Below are positions 41,609 to 52,415 of a stretch of DNA of 64,000 nucleotides, in pieces. Each line of letters opens with the position of its first letter. Within the stretch, counting starts at the first letter, position 1. The DNA is from Candidatus Poribacteria bacterium (GTDB taxonomy: Bacteria; Poribacteria; WGA-4E; WGA-3G). The notes below the pieces were generated by a model. It saw only the letters and a list, made by a program, of their open reading frames with translations, did no database searches and was not told the DNA's origin. A program made the translations under genes and the position numbers. The DNA is taken from contig CBDANF010000003.1 in assembly GCA_965197475.1 (NCBI GenBank), forward strand, positions 1,184,001 to 1,248,000, given 5' to 3'.

Positions 41609-41720
41609 ATGATAACCAGAAAAAGTCTTCTTCAACGTATCTCGCGTATCCCACAAGTTAATATTGGGCATTTCCCTATCCCTTAGAGGAATGCCCGCGC
41701 CTATCTGAGAAACTTAGGAA
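41609..41720 (+). pseudogene. N-terminal remnant of a D-cysteine desulfhydrase/ACC deaminase-like gene
   Basis: MITRKSLLQRISRIPQVNIGHFP/PLEECPRLSEKLG with frameshift, cut by a MITE. Confidence 0.5.
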
Positions 41721-42007
41721 ACGTGAGTTCGACAAATGCCGTAGGTTGGGTTTCACGTTGTTCTACCCATAGTCGTCAATTTAAGGACATGAATTTGTTT
41801 TTCATGTATATAGCCTCGTAGAGGCGGTATGTTTATAGAAAAGGCGTTACCCCTCGTTCTTGAGCCTCGTAGAGGCGGTATGTTTATAAAATCTATATGT
41901 CGCTCCTACGGAGCTCAAGAGACAGGTAAACACGAATCTATAAACATATCGTCCCTACGGGACTAAATATGGGACAGCCTCAATCATAGCAAGTATTGAA
42001 CTCACGT
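41721..42007. mobile_element. IS982-type MITE with 6-bp TSD, filled with REPs
   Basis: acgtgagttc/gaactcacgt ends, TAGGAA on both flanks; internal 2x agcctcgtagaggcggtatgtttata. Confidence 0.85.
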
Positions 42008-42153
42008 TAGGAATCCAAACGGAATCAGCATGCACAATTCTATTTGATCACTGTATAATCCGCATATTTGCAACAACACTTCAAATCATCCACTCTGAAA
42101 ATACATATTGTCTGAATATTACCAATCACTGAAGACTGACAACCGAAAAACGA

Positions 42154-42948
42154 CTATAACATAATCACTTGCCCATCATAGACGAGGTAGGCATTGTCGG
42201 GGAGATCAATGTTCTGCTCAGCACACTGATCCCGAAAACACCGATGGTCGAGCCGATGCATAATATGGGTAAAATAGGTTTCTTTCGGTTGTAAGACATC
42301 GCTAACTTCAAGTGCTTCTCTAACTGAAAAATGCGTTGGATGTCCCGGATTAAAACTCAACGCGTCAATGACAAGCACCTCTATCCCCTCAAGCAGTGCT
42401 TGCGATGTTTCCGGTAGTCGTTTTACATCCGGTATGTACCCAAAGTCGTCAATCCGATAGCCGTTTGTATCAACGTTACCATGTTCTACCGGTATAGGTG
42501 TGATGTCAAAACCGAGCAATTGAAACCTGCCGTCAACCACATTCGGAAGCAAATGACCGACACCGCCCCCTTGAAACGTCTCTTTAGTAAACATATAATC
42601 AAAATTGCGTTGCAAAATCTCAATTGTTTGTTCTGGTCCATAGATAGGCATATCCACACGCTGTTTTCTGCACGGCATTACAATATCGTTCGTCCCACTG
42701 ATGTGATCTGCATGGCAATGCGTAAAGATGACAGCATCTATCCATTCAATCCGATTCCGATTTATTTGATCCATGAAGTTTGGACCGAGGTCAAATTGAA
42801 GATTTTTTCCATCCTTTTCTATATGGATGGACGAACGCGTACGGTAGTTTTTCGAGCCAACCTGCATTGAATTTTGACAAGTTTCGCACTCACATTTATA
42901 CTCAGGGACACCTGTTGAGGTGCCTGAACCCAAAATCGTAATCTTCAT
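42154..42948 (-). CDS. MBL-fold hydrolase, PhnP-like
   Basis: LGSGTSTGVP, THCHADH, THIMH. Confidence 0.9.
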   Translation of the reverse strand: MKITILGSGTSTGVPEYKCECETCQNSMQVGSKNYRTRSSIHIEKDGKNLQFDLGPNFMDQINRNRIEWIDAVIFTHCHADHISGTNDIVMPCRKQRVDMPIYGPEQTIEILQRNFDYMFTKETFQGGGVGHLLPNVVDGRFQLLGFDITPIPVEHGNVDTNGYRIDDFGYIPDVKRLPETSQALLEGIEVLVIDALSFNPGHPTHFSVREALEVSDVLQPKETYFTHIMHRLDHRCFRDQCAEQNIDLPDNAYLVYDGQVIML

Positions 42949-43174
42949 TCACAAAGAATCCTTTCATCAAACAATGGATAAATTAACGCATCAAGAATGT
43001 CTTGTTTTAGCAGATGTCCTCGGTGATACCAAATAACTTGAGTCATATTTTAGTGTTGAAACACGGGCGGGCACAGGGACCCGCCCCTACGATTGAGAGT
43101 AATTTATCACACCCACAACAGTTCATCAGTTAACTGTATTACACTCTTGCCAACACATTACAATTATTCTGACA

Positions 43175-44434
43175 TTATCCCAAGGCGTTGTCTACTTTAT
43201 TGATAGCGGCTGCCATTAACCGCGCATGCTCCTCCTGCATATTAACATTAAATCCAAATCTTAACGCACGACCGAGAATAGAGAGTGTTTGCGAACACAT
43301 ATCACGTGAATATTCTATTTCACCTTTGTATAGCGGGTCGCTCCACGGATAACCTGCAGGGTTTGGCGAATGTTTAAACAAGATGGAATCCCAATAGGTG
43401 TAAATATGTCTGTCAGGAAAACCTTCATTGTAAGCAGTCCCAGCACCTAATCCTTCTGCTCTGAGTGCTTCCGTATACTTTTTAGCAAGTTCTAAATCCC
43501 GCACAATAATAGCAGCACTAATACCACACTCACCGCTCGGATCATCTACGTGCTGTCGGATATAACCTTTTGGTTCATCGGAGAGTTCAGCAATAAACGC
43601 TTTTTTAAGCTGACGTGTATGTCCCAAAATGTCATCCAGTTTTGAAAGCTGCACGCGTGCAATTGCGCCTAAAATTTCACTCGGACGATAGGTTTGGCAC
43701 GAGAACGGCTTGTTTTGCCATTCGGAGCCGCTCATCCACATCGGTAACCCCGGTTCAGATGCAAACGCCGCGCGTTCATAAGTATCGTAATCATCAGAAA
43801 AGACGAGACCACCTTCCCCACAAGTAATCACCTTGAAGTAGTTGAGACTCCACGCCCCCGCATCACCCCAAGTACCGGCGTATTTCCCTTTATACTGTCC
43901 ACCTACACATTGGCAGCAATCTTCAACAACTTTCAGATTATGCTTTTTGGCAATCTCCATAATTGCTTCAAGTCGACACGGGACACCTTGCATGTGAACG
44001 GATAAAATCGCTTTGGTGTGTGGTGTAATTTTCCGTTCCACATCCGCAGGATCTAATCCCAGAGAATCATCAATTTCTGCAATTATCGGAATTGCCCCAA
44101 CACCGACGATAGCTGCCGCTGTCGCGATAAAGGTATATCCGGGTAAAATCACCTCATCGCCAGGACCAATACCCACCCCTGTGAGTGCACAGATGATTGC
44201 TGATGTGCCCGAATTCACCATTAGCGCATGTTTGACACCGAGACGTGCTACCGCTTCTTGTTCAAAAGCTGCGACATTAGAATTTTCAACAAATCGAAAG
44301 AGTTTTCCGCTTCGTAGGACTTCGGTCACAGCATCAATCTCGCGATCGTCTATGACACTCGGTCCATGCATGCCTCCTGGAATCGATTCCACGATGACAG
44401 GTGTTCCCCCATCTACTGCTAAACGTTCTGACAT
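43175..44434 (-). CDS. DegT/DnrJ/EryC1/StrS aminotransferase
   Basis: NSGTSA, EDCCQ, SLNYFKVITCGEGG; start at MSERLAVDGG. Confidence 0.92.
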   Translation of the reverse strand: MSERLAVDGGTPVIVESIPGGMHGPSVIDDREIDAVTEVLRSGKLFRFVENSNVAAFEQEAVARLGVKHALMVNSGTSAIICALTGVGIGPGDEVILPGYTFIATAAAIVGVGAIPIIAEIDDSLGLDPADVERKITPHTKAILSVHMQGVPCRLEAIMEIAKKHNLKVVEDCCQCVGGQYKGKYAGTWGDAGAWSLNYFKVITCGEGGLVFSDDYDTYERAAFASEPGLPMWMSGSEWQNKPFSCQTYRPSEILGAIARVQLSKLDDILGHTRQLKKAFIAELSDEPKGYIRQHVDDPSGECGISAAIIVRDLELAKKYTEALRAEGLGAGTAYNEGFPDRHIYTYWDSILFKHSPNPAGYPWSDPLYKGEIEYSRDMCSQTLSILGRALRFGFNVNMQEEHARLMAAAINKVDNALG

Positions 44435-44618
44435 CTTTTCCCTCCATACTATCTGGAACATCAAAATTTATGACACTTTACCCCATACTACCGTTTTTGT
44501 CAAGTTGATTTTCAAGAAGGTTGAATATTATATATTTATAGACATCAATTTTTATTTATGATACCATATCCGAACATTTGTCTCTTCAATCATTTAAAGC
44601 AACAAAGGAGTATAACAC

Positions 44619-45434
44619 ATGGAATTCATCCAGTTGACAGAAGCACAACGTGAGGAATTCGAAGAAAACGGATTTTTCATTGTCCGCTCTGTGCTTGATG
44701 AAGATATGATTACTCGGTTGACCGAAGCAGCTGACCGTATTGTGGATTCACTTGAAAGTGACGCACAATACGTACACAAGCGGGACGGATTGGTGCAAGA
44801 ACCTGCATTTGCAGAACTTACATCGCAGACAAAAGCGATTCCTTTGGTGATCCAGCTGCTTGGCACAAATATACATATTACCAATACTGCGCTACTCTAC
44901 AAACACCCACAGCCACACGCGATGCCTGAGAATCGCGGATGGCACCGTGATGTCGGGTTGCATTTAGATCTCGGGCACAAGAATTGCCCGCGTGTCGGTT
45001 TGAAAGTTGCTTACTGTTTAACAGATCTCAATGTCCCAAATTCCGGTGCAACGTTGTTTATTCCCAAAAGTCACACATCAGGTAAACCCTTGGGCATCCC
45101 AGAAGGTGAACTTGACCCGATCGAACCTTACGCTGAACCGCTCCTCCGTGCTGGGGACGCGTATTTCTTTGAAAACCGCATCTACCACAGCACCGGACTC
45201 AACTTTACAGACAAAACCGCTAAGATTGTCATTTACGGATACCATTACTCATGGTTAAAGCCAGAAGGATATCTTCTGTATTTCAATGACAAACAGCAGC
45301 CTGATGAAGATGTGCTGAAAAACGTTGATGATCTCGGCAGGCAATTTCTCGGTGGTGGAGGCGGCGCAGCCGCACAGTGGGCAGCAGAACACAATTTGAA
45401 GTTGGAACAAGAACCGCAAGTCGTGACAATTTAG
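44619..45434 (+). CDS. Phytanoyl-CoA dioxygenase (PhyH) family
   Basis: FEENGF, WHRD, PKSH, IYH. Confidence 0.9.
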   Translation: MEFIQLTEAQREEFEENGFFIVRSVLDEDMITRLTEAADRIVDSLESDAQYVHKRDGLVQEPAFAELTSQTKAIPLVIQLLGTNIHITNTALLYKHPQPHAMPENRGWHRDVGLHLDLGHKNCPRVGLKVAYCLTDLNVPNSGATLFIPKSHTSGKPLGIPEGELDPIEPYAEPLLRAGDAYFFENRIYHSTGLNFTDKTAKIVIYGYHYSWLKPEGYLLYFNDKQQPDEDVLKNVDDLGRQFLGGGGGAAAQWAAEHNLKLEQEPQVVTI

Positions 45435-45479
45435 TATAATTGAAATAGAATCACATCACTCTAATGAAAAGGAACATAT

Positions 45480-46633
45480 ATGAAAAAAATTAAGGTTGGT
45501 ATTGTCGGTTGCGGTGGGATCGCAGGAGGCAAACATCTGCCTGGACATAATAGTGTCAGGACTTACGCAATGTGTTTAAAAGTCCCACTGATAAGGGGGA
45601 TTTAGGGGGTTAAAAGCACTAAATTCTGCCTATTTAACCCCTAACCCCCATATCAAGGGGGAATGCGTAAGTCCTGAGTGTTAAAGGCGTATCAATCGTC
45701 GCTGCGTGTGATATTGACAAGGCACGCGCAAAAGCTTTTGCCAAAAAACACGACATTCCACACGTGTTCACCGATTACGAAAAGTTAGTTGAGATGGATG
45801 AGCTGGATGCGGTAAGCGTTTGCACCCCAAATAATTTTCATGCTGGACCGACTATCGCCGCACTGAATGCGGGAAAACACGTTATCTGTGAAAAACCGAT
45901 CGCCGCGAACGCTATAGATGGACAAGCAATGGTAGACGCGCAAAAAGCGAGCGGAAAAATTTTGCAGATCGGGTTACAATCACGATTCGGTGCCGGAGCA
46001 CAGACGTTGCGTAAACTCTATGATGAAGGATTTTTTGGCGATGTCTACTACGCTCGCGCCATGGCGATGCGGCGGCGTGGTGTTCCCGCATCTCCATCGT
46101 TTCTGAGCAAAGCCATTGCTGGTGGGGGACCGCTGATTGATATCGGTGTGCATATCCTTGATGTCCTGCTCTGGATGATTGGCTGTCCTAAACCAGTTGA
46201 AGCGTTCGGAATGACAGCGAAAAAATTTGGAGGCAAAACCGATGTCATCAATCCATGGGGAAAATGGAATCCTGAAGACTTTGAGGTGGAAGACTTCGCG
46301 ATGGGAACTATCAAGTTTGAGGGTGAATTGACGGTAACCTTAGAAACTGCTTGGGCATCCCATGTTCAGAATATCGGCGGCACCTTCTTCATGGGGGATT
46401 TAGCAGGTGCTACTTTTGAACCGCTTCAGATATATCTTGATCAAAAGGACGAGATGGTAAATTACGAACCTGAACTTCTCACCGGATTACCGGGGGAATT
46501 TGAATCATTCCATACGGCTATTCGAAAGGATTTACCCTCTCCTGTCCCTGCGGAAGAGGTATTGAACGTAGCGAAAATTTTTGACGCACTGTACGAATCC
46601 GCGAGGGTAGGACGTTCTGTTCCAATTTTATAG
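45480..46633 (+). pseudogene. Gfo/Idh/MocA oxidoreductase interrupted by a MITE
   Basis: MKKIKVGIVGCGGIAGGKHLPGHNS|VKGVSIVAACD rejoins in frame after removing the insert and one TSD copy. Confidence 0.9.
45557..45676. mobile_element. 120-bp MITE, TIR CAGGACTTACGCA, 5-bp TSD AGTGT
   Basis: Perfect 13-bp TIR with direct AGTGT at 45552-56 and 45677-81. Confidence 0.92.
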
Positions 46634-46673
46634 GTATTCTCTCTGGGACAGATTTTCATATCTGTCCCAAAAT

Positions 46674-47069
46674 TTACCCTTTTTTGTAACTTGCGCGCAC
46701 AACTGTTTTCATTCCACCCCGGATGTTAAAATCACCGACAGCCTCTGCTTCTCGTGGTTGACATGCTTCAACAAAATCCTCAAGCACTTTATTCACAACG
46801 TGTTCATGAAAAATACCTACATCTCTAAAAAACATAAAATACTCTTTTAACGACTTCAGTTCAATACAATGCTGGTCTGGAACATAAGTGATACAAATTG
46901 TAGCGAAATCAGGCAATCCTGTCTTGGGACAGACAGCAGTAAATTCCAGGTTGGTTATCTCAATTGTATAATTTCGGTGGTTGTACTGATTTTCCCACGT
47001 CTTAATTAGTGGAGTTTTAAGTTCACGGATATGGGTCTGTAAATCGTCGTAGTTTGAGTGATTGCTCAT
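46674..47069 (-). CDS. queF: NADPH-dependent preQ0 reductase
   Basis: EFTAVCPKTGLPDFA, ELKSLKEY, FHE, RGG. Confidence 0.95.
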   Translation of the reverse strand: MSNHSNYDDLQTHIRELKTPLIKTWENQYNHRNYTIEITNLEFTAVCPKTGLPDFATICITYVPDQHCIELKSLKEYFMFFRDVGIFHEHVVNKVLEDFVEACQPREAEAVGDFNIRGGMKTVVRASYKKG

Positions 47070-47270
47070 TTAAAATGCCTTTCAAGATATGCCAAATAAA
47101 TTTACACAACTTTTTTGAAGCTGCATTTACAAAGCAGTATCTGTTCCAGATTTCATACATTATACCTTATATCTTTGTCAAAAGGCAACGTAACGTCAGA
47201 GCCATTAATTCTAAGGTAGTTCCACTTTCGGCTCAAAGTCTATTCAAAGTCAAAAATGCTGGACACCTGT

Positions 47271-47512
47271 CGCCCCGTTGGGGCTCAGTATCCTGGACAC
47301 CGCTCTTCTATAAACATTCTGCCCCGCCGAATGCCACACGCGCATTCGGCGTTGATTTGGCCGGGGCTGCCCCAAAAGTATTTTTCTACAAGTTCTTTCA
47401 GTCAGCAAAATCGCAGAAAATATAATGATATAGGATCAAATATTGGTTTCCCAGCGGGGCGATAGGTGTTTAGAACAAGGTTATTGCCTCAGTCTAAGCC
47501 CCAGCGGGGCAG
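47271..47512. repeat. Cluster of GCCCCAGCGGGGC-type palindromes
   Basis: Copies at about 47271, 47450, 47498; same family as 29533-29732 and 53731-53795. Confidence 0.75.
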
Positions 47513-47638
47513 CATGCGCGTATGGCATGCTGCATGAGGTGTATAGTATAATCCAGTTAATATCTAAGGTGTGCCATCAACCTAAGTTATGACACAAGAA
47601 GCCTAAAATTGTCCAAACTATAGTTATGTTAAAAGCAA

Positions 47639-49201
47639 CTACTTAATAAGAAATGCATATAGTTTCGCTCGCTTCAGCACAAAGCGGAGTCTCAATGGCT
47701 GCTCAGCTGTCGCTAACTTTGCCGATTTCCATTGCACCGAGTGCCGTATACTATCCTCTGTCAACGGAACGCAGTCGTCAATTGAAAATCCGGGTTGAAC
47801 CTGCCCATCAGCTGTCAACACTTCAACACTGATCCGACCTGCACTTGTATCCGCATTAATCTCAAGTCCGCCGTTCGGAATACACAACGGGACGGTTTCA
47901 GCTACACCTTCAGTTCCATCTGCATCAAGGGAAACGAAACCATCTAATCGCCACTTCGCAAGTCCAATAGCCTTGTGTCTATCTTTCATCGCAGCACCAT
48001 GCGTGTGTTCCGTTCCTGTATAATACCAGTGAATTTCATCGTCAGTGATGATTGGCTGGGTAGCAGTTCCCATAATCATACCGGTGTCAAACGACCCGCT
48101 CTCGCCGCGTGGAATAATCGGTGTCCGATTTGAATCAAGATAATCCCAATTGAATCCATCTCGGCTGCATACCAATTGCGCATCAATCGGTCCATCAACG
48201 GGAATCTCATGCTCAGCTGCACCCGGTCCCGTCACATACAAAACCCCAGCAATGCCGATATAGATGTTGTGATAAAGGAAACTGGACATATTGTGAATTT
48301 CAGCACGATCAGCACCATATCTCTCGGCACCAACTTCATCATCCTGATGCGTTGCACGGAACATCGGTTCAAGCGGTTTCCAAGGTCCCTCTAAACGTGG
48401 ACTTTCGGTATACGCTATCATACGCCGTGCGTCTTTGTCCTCGTCACGCGTCAGGGCATAAGCTCGGAACAGAGATATCTTGTTATCATAGATTACATTG
48501 AATGCACCTTCATTGTTCCCTTCTGCGACCGGTTCCAAGTAGTCTGAGTCATCCCATCGAATACCATCAGGTGATGTGAGCAGGAAGACGTTGCGATATC
48601 GCCTGCAAAAACTGATCATCTTATACCGTTTCTGCGGATCCGATTCATCGTCATCACGGAATACGCAAGCGCCGTGTAGGTCCCAAACGATGTTATTGTT
48701 TGGATTTCCGTTGAATTCAAAAAGACCGAGATTCGGTTTCGTCCACGTCAATCCATCATCGCTTTCAGCATAACATGTGAGGTCACCACGATCATTCTCA
48801 ACAAATTTCCGCCCGTACGCATCATGTGTCTTTCCTCTGTATGTTGACGGATTTCGGTCTGGACGGGGCACATAAAGACCTGGAATTTCGTTTGCCTTAA
48901 ACCGCCAATGTGGTCCCATGCGACACATGTACCACATGCGATATTTTCCATACGCAGCATCGTACATCGCCGTGCCGTAGAGGTGTACGCGTCTGGATTG
49001 ATCTGGTCCTCCATGCTCCCAAGGATTGTTAGGGTCCGGTTCAAGGACAGGAACACTATGTTTTACCCCTTGATGTAGTGTACGGGTCACGCCTTGTTTG
49101 GAAGCAATCAGCGCGTCATCAATAAACAGTTCTGTGCTTGAGTCGAGTGTATGAACTGTGTTTGAATTCACATTTTTCCCTACAATTTTAGTGGTGTGCA
49201 T
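47639..49201 (-). CDS. Putative five-bladed beta-propeller glycoside-hydrolase-like protein
   Basis: ELFIDD, YRMWY, YAESDDGLTW, SPDGIRW, SRDGFNW, RLDGFVSL. Confidence 0.7.
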   Translation of the reverse strand: MHTTKIVGKNVNSNTVHTLDSSTELFIDDALIASKQGVTRTLHQGVKHSVPVLEPDPNNPWEHGGPDQSRRVHLYGTAMYDAAYGKYRMWYMCRMGPHWRFKANEIPGLYVPRPDRNPSTYRGKTHDAYGRKFVENDRGDLTCYAESDDGLTWTKPNLGLFEFNGNPNNNIVWDLHGACVFRDDDESDPQKRYKMISFCRRYRNVFLLTSPDGIRWDDSDYLEPVAEGNNEGAFNVIYDNKISLFRAYALTRDEDKDARRMIAYTESPRLEGPWKPLEPMFRATHQDDEVGAERYGADRAEIHNMSSFLYHNIYIGIAGVLYVTGPGAAEHEIPVDGPIDAQLVCSRDGFNWDYLDSNRTPIIPRGESGSFDTGMIMGTATQPIITDDEIHWYYTGTEHTHGAAMKDRHKAIGLAKWRLDGFVSLDADGTEGVAETVPLCIPNGGLEINADTSAGRISVEVLTADGQVQPGFSIDDCVPLTEDSIRHSVQWKSAKLATAEQPLRLRFVLKRAKLYAFLIK

Positions 49202-49256
49202 CGGCAGGTAAAATTTCTGTCCGATATGATTACTGGTAAATAAGTTGCTAACTATA

Positions 49257-50272
49257 ACGTGAGCTCGGTGTAAGAAATAAGTTTTACTAAATAGAGAACT
49301 CCTATGGTATAAAGAAATTATACCTATTCTATATCAAAGGAGCTCTCCATGTGCATTATACAACTTTTTTGTGATATTGACGACTTTTTTATTGAATACG
49401 AACAACAAATGGCATCCAAACCTTTACCGGATACCGAAACATCTAAAAAGCGTCCTCGTCCCTCAAAACTTCATAAAAGTGAGGTTATGACAGGACTTGT
49501 GGCTTTCCATCAAAATGGGCAAAGCACCTTCAGACAGTATTATCTTGAACACGTATGCAAAGAACTTCGGTGGGCTTTTCCGCATTTAGTCAGTTACTCC
49601 CGCTTCCTTGAACTCAAACGCGAGACACTTGAAGTTCTTCAGGCATATCTTGCTACTCGCTATGGTAGTAGCAGTGGGACAGCCTTCATTGACTCTACAC
49701 GACTGCCAGTTTGTGATAATCGCCGTATCACACAGCATTGCGTTTTTGCTGAAAAGGCTGCACGCGGTAAAACGTCAGTCGGATGGTTCTATGGTTTCAA
49801 ACTCCATCTCGTCATTAATGACAGAGGTGAACTCTTAGCCACGCAACTGACATCCGGCAACATTGATGACCGCCAACCCGTGTTAGAGTTGACGAAGCAT
49901 CTTGAGGGTAAACTCTGTGGGGATAAGGGATATATCTCCAAAGTGTTATCCGAGACGCTGGAAACACGGGATATTTGCTTGTTGACAAAAGTCCGAAAAA
50001 ATATGAAACCGCGGGCACTGTCAAAACTTGACGCAGCATTATTGAAACACCGCATGCTGATTGAGACAGTGATTGGACAGTTGAAATCCGAAACGCAAAT
50101 CCAACATACACGCCATCGGAGTTGGATCAACTATCAGGTGAATATCGTGGCTGCGTTAATTGCGTATACATATCGGGTAAAGAAGCCTTCTATAGATATG
50201 GTGGCACTTCGGGCAAAATACAAATGATACCGTTTCTTCACCATGTTTCAATTTCTTATACCGAGCTCACGT
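49257..50272 (+). mobile_element. Complete IS982-family element
   Basis: TIR acgtgagctcggtgtaagaaa / tttcttataccgagctcacgt. Confidence 0.92.
49349..50227 (+). CDS. IS982-family transposase
   Basis: FIDST, GWFYGFKLHL, GDKGYIS, IETVIGQLK. Confidence 0.95.
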   Translation: MCIIQLFCDIDDFFIEYEQQMASKPLPDTETSKKRPRPSKLHKSEVMTGLVAFHQNGQSTFRQYYLEHVCKELRWAFPHLVSYSRFLELKRETLEVLQAYLATRYGSSSGTAFIDSTRLPVCDNRRITQHCVFAEKAARGKTSVGWFYGFKLHLVINDRGELLATQLTSGNIDDRQPVLELTKHLEGKLCGDKGYISKVLSETLETRDICLLTKVRKNMKPRALSKLDAALLKHRMLIETVIGQLKSETQIQHTRHRSWINYQVNIVAALIAYTYRVKKPSIDMVALRAKYK

Positions 50273-50654
50273 TATAGATAAACGTAAAACTGAGTATGAC
50301 AAGCGAATCTCTCCCAGACTGAACAGCGTTTAGAAAATAACGAATTGCCAACGGGAATAGGATGACGTATAGACTCAGAAATACCTTCTCTACTATTAAC
50401 GGCGGAAAGATGAACATCAGCAATGTGAGAGAAATATGTGATAACCAATTCGGAAATGGAAACCAATTGATGTCGTAATAGTCGCGAAACTGAAATTTCG
50501 GATTGCCGTATTCCGTTATAATCTGTGAGTTATAGACATAGCTCACGCCATCTTGTGTTGGAAAGTAGTCGAACAACCATATCGGTAACAGATACACGAC
50601 TATTAACACACCAATTAATATTGAAGATTTTGTATAGAAACGGGAGAACGTCAT
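50273..50654 (-). pseudogene. Membrane protein (GT-C-like) truncated by IS982
   Basis: YFPTQDG, PFPNW, TM helices; the ORF reads into the IS TIR. Confidence 0.65.
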
Positions 50655-50891
50655 CGTTTTACCTTTCATTTCAAACTTCAATTTTAATTCAGTAGAGTCC
50701 TATTCTAATACTATCATGTTCCATATTTTGTAGATAGCTTTTGTATATGAGTCATTTACCATGAATCTTGCGAAAATTGACCATCTATGCTAACATTGCA
50801 GAGAAATGATAAAAGTTGAACGACTCTGCTTTGCATTGCAAGTCTAAAATCTGGGCTTACTGATTTTTCAGTCAAACAAGGGGAATGGTTT

Positions 50892-52226
50892 ATGACATTA
50901 GATCAGGTCAAATCTCTAGTCGAAGATCGCAGTATTGAGTTCTTCCTCTGTTCTTTTGTAGAGATGAGTGGGGCACCGAAGGCGAAGGTTATTCCAGCAA
51001 CGCATCTTGAGGATATGGCAGAAGAGGGAGCAGGTTTCGGTGGCTTTGCCGCTGGTGAGATAGGACAAGGTCCGCATGATCCAGAGATGGCAAGCATCCC
51101 TGACTTTAATTCGCTGACGATCGTGCCGTGGCAGGAGAACTTAGCATGGGTTGCGGGGGATATGTTCGTTGAAGGACAATCCTGGCACTATTGTCCGCGA
51201 ACCATTCTGCGGCAGCAATTGGAAAAAGCAAGACAGAAGGGTTATGTCTTTAACGTCGGCATTGAGGCAGAATTCATGCTGTTGGAGCAGAATGTAGATG
51301 GTCAATATGTCCCATGGGATACGCTTGATACCTTAAATAAGCCGTGCTACGACTTAAAAGCGTTGTACCGTAACCTTGATATGATGACAACCCTGATTAA
51401 GTATATGCAGGAATTGAAATGGGAACCCTACGCGAACGACCATGAAGATGGAACCTGCCAGTTTGAGGTGAATTGGACATATTCCGATGCACTTACGACA
51501 GCAGATCGACACACCTTCTTCAAATGGATGGTCAAAACGCTTGCGGAAGAACGCGGTTTGATGGCAACATTTATGCCCAAGCCGTTCACAAATCTAACAG
51601 GCAACGGTGCACACTTCCACATGAGTCTTTGGGATGAGGATAATGAGACCAATCTGTTCCTTGATGAGAATGATAAAAATGGCGTATCTCAACTTGCATA
51701 TTGGTTTACCGGTGGTATTCTCAAACATGCAAAAGCGGTCACGGCCGTAACGAATCCGCTTGTGAATAGTTATAAACGTTTAGTTCGTAGAGCACCGCGT
51801 TCTGGCGCATCGTGGGCACCCGTTTATGTTACTTATGGCGCGAACAATCGAACACAGATGATTCGGATTCCCGCGCCGGGACGGATCGAAAACCGCTTAG
51901 GCGATGGGGCAGAAAATCCTTATCTGGCGGCAACGGTTCTACTTGCAGCCGGTCTGGATGGCATCAAAAATCAGATTGATCCTGGGGTGCAAAACGAGGA
52001 TAACCTTTATGAAGTATCCGAAGATGAACTGCATCGCAGAGGCATTGATTTTCTACCCACAACACTTAGCGAAGCCGCAGATGCTCTGGAAGCAGACGAA
52101 ATCATCAAGAACGCGCTTGGTGCTGAGTATGCCGACTATTACATTCAAGTCAAACGTAAGGAATGGCGTGACTACCATCTGAGCGTCAGCCAATGGGAAA
52201 CCGACAACTATTTGGCGGTCTATTAA
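50892..52226 (+). CDS. glnT: GlnT-type glutamate-ammonia ligase / gamma-glutamylmethylamide synthetase-like
   Basis: GAGFGGFA, KPCYD, DHEDGTCQFEVNW, FMPKPF, NSYKRL, SGASWAP, NNRTQMIR. Confidence 0.85.
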   Translation: MTLDQVKSLVEDRSIEFFLCSFVEMSGAPKAKVIPATHLEDMAEEGAGFGGFAAGEIGQGPHDPEMASIPDFNSLTIVPWQENLAWVAGDMFVEGQSWHYCPRTILRQQLEKARQKGYVFNVGIEAEFMLLEQNVDGQYVPWDTLDTLNKPCYDLKALYRNLDMMTTLIKYMQELKWEPYANDHEDGTCQFEVNWTYSDALTTADRHTFFKWMVKTLAEERGLMATFMPKPFTNLTGNGAHFHMSLWDEDNETNLFLDENDKNGVSQLAYWFTGGILKHAKAVTAVTNPLVNSYKRLVRRAPRSGASWAPVYVTYGANNRTQMIRIPAPGRIENRLGDGAENPYLAATVLLAAGLDGIKNQIDPGVQNEDNLYEVSEDELHRRGIDFLPTTLSEAADALEADEIIKNALGAEYADYYIQVKRKEWRDYHLSVSQWETDNYLAVY

Positions 52227-52415
52227 TTGAGTGTGGAACATAATTGTTTGAAATAGTGCACCGCTCTTCTTGTGGGAGGGATTTACAATCCCGATTTATT
52301 CCGGTTCTGCTTTCAGAAACCGAAATTGAATCGCTTTGACAATTAAACTTCTGAATGGTAAACTGCTTTGGTATTATACACGCGAAATGTTTAAGTCAAA
52401 CTCACGTTAATGCTA

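Noticed and set aside
41810-41970. Direct repeats agcctcgtagaggcggtatgtttata as a mini-CRISPR
   Set aside because: Two direct plus inverted copies inside a TSD-flanked MITE.
47070-47220. preQ1 riboswitch upstream of queF
   Set aside because: No recognisable preQ1 stem-loop plus A-rich tail consensus.
47054-47465. ORFs spanning REP clusters (also 29424..29627, 53490..53991, 63232..63486)
   Set aside because: Translations of palindromic repeats without RBS or protein-like features.
50760-50891. Glutamine riboswitch or sigma54 promoter upstream of glnT
   Set aside because: No glnA-motif consensus and no correctly spaced GG-N10-GC element that I could identify.
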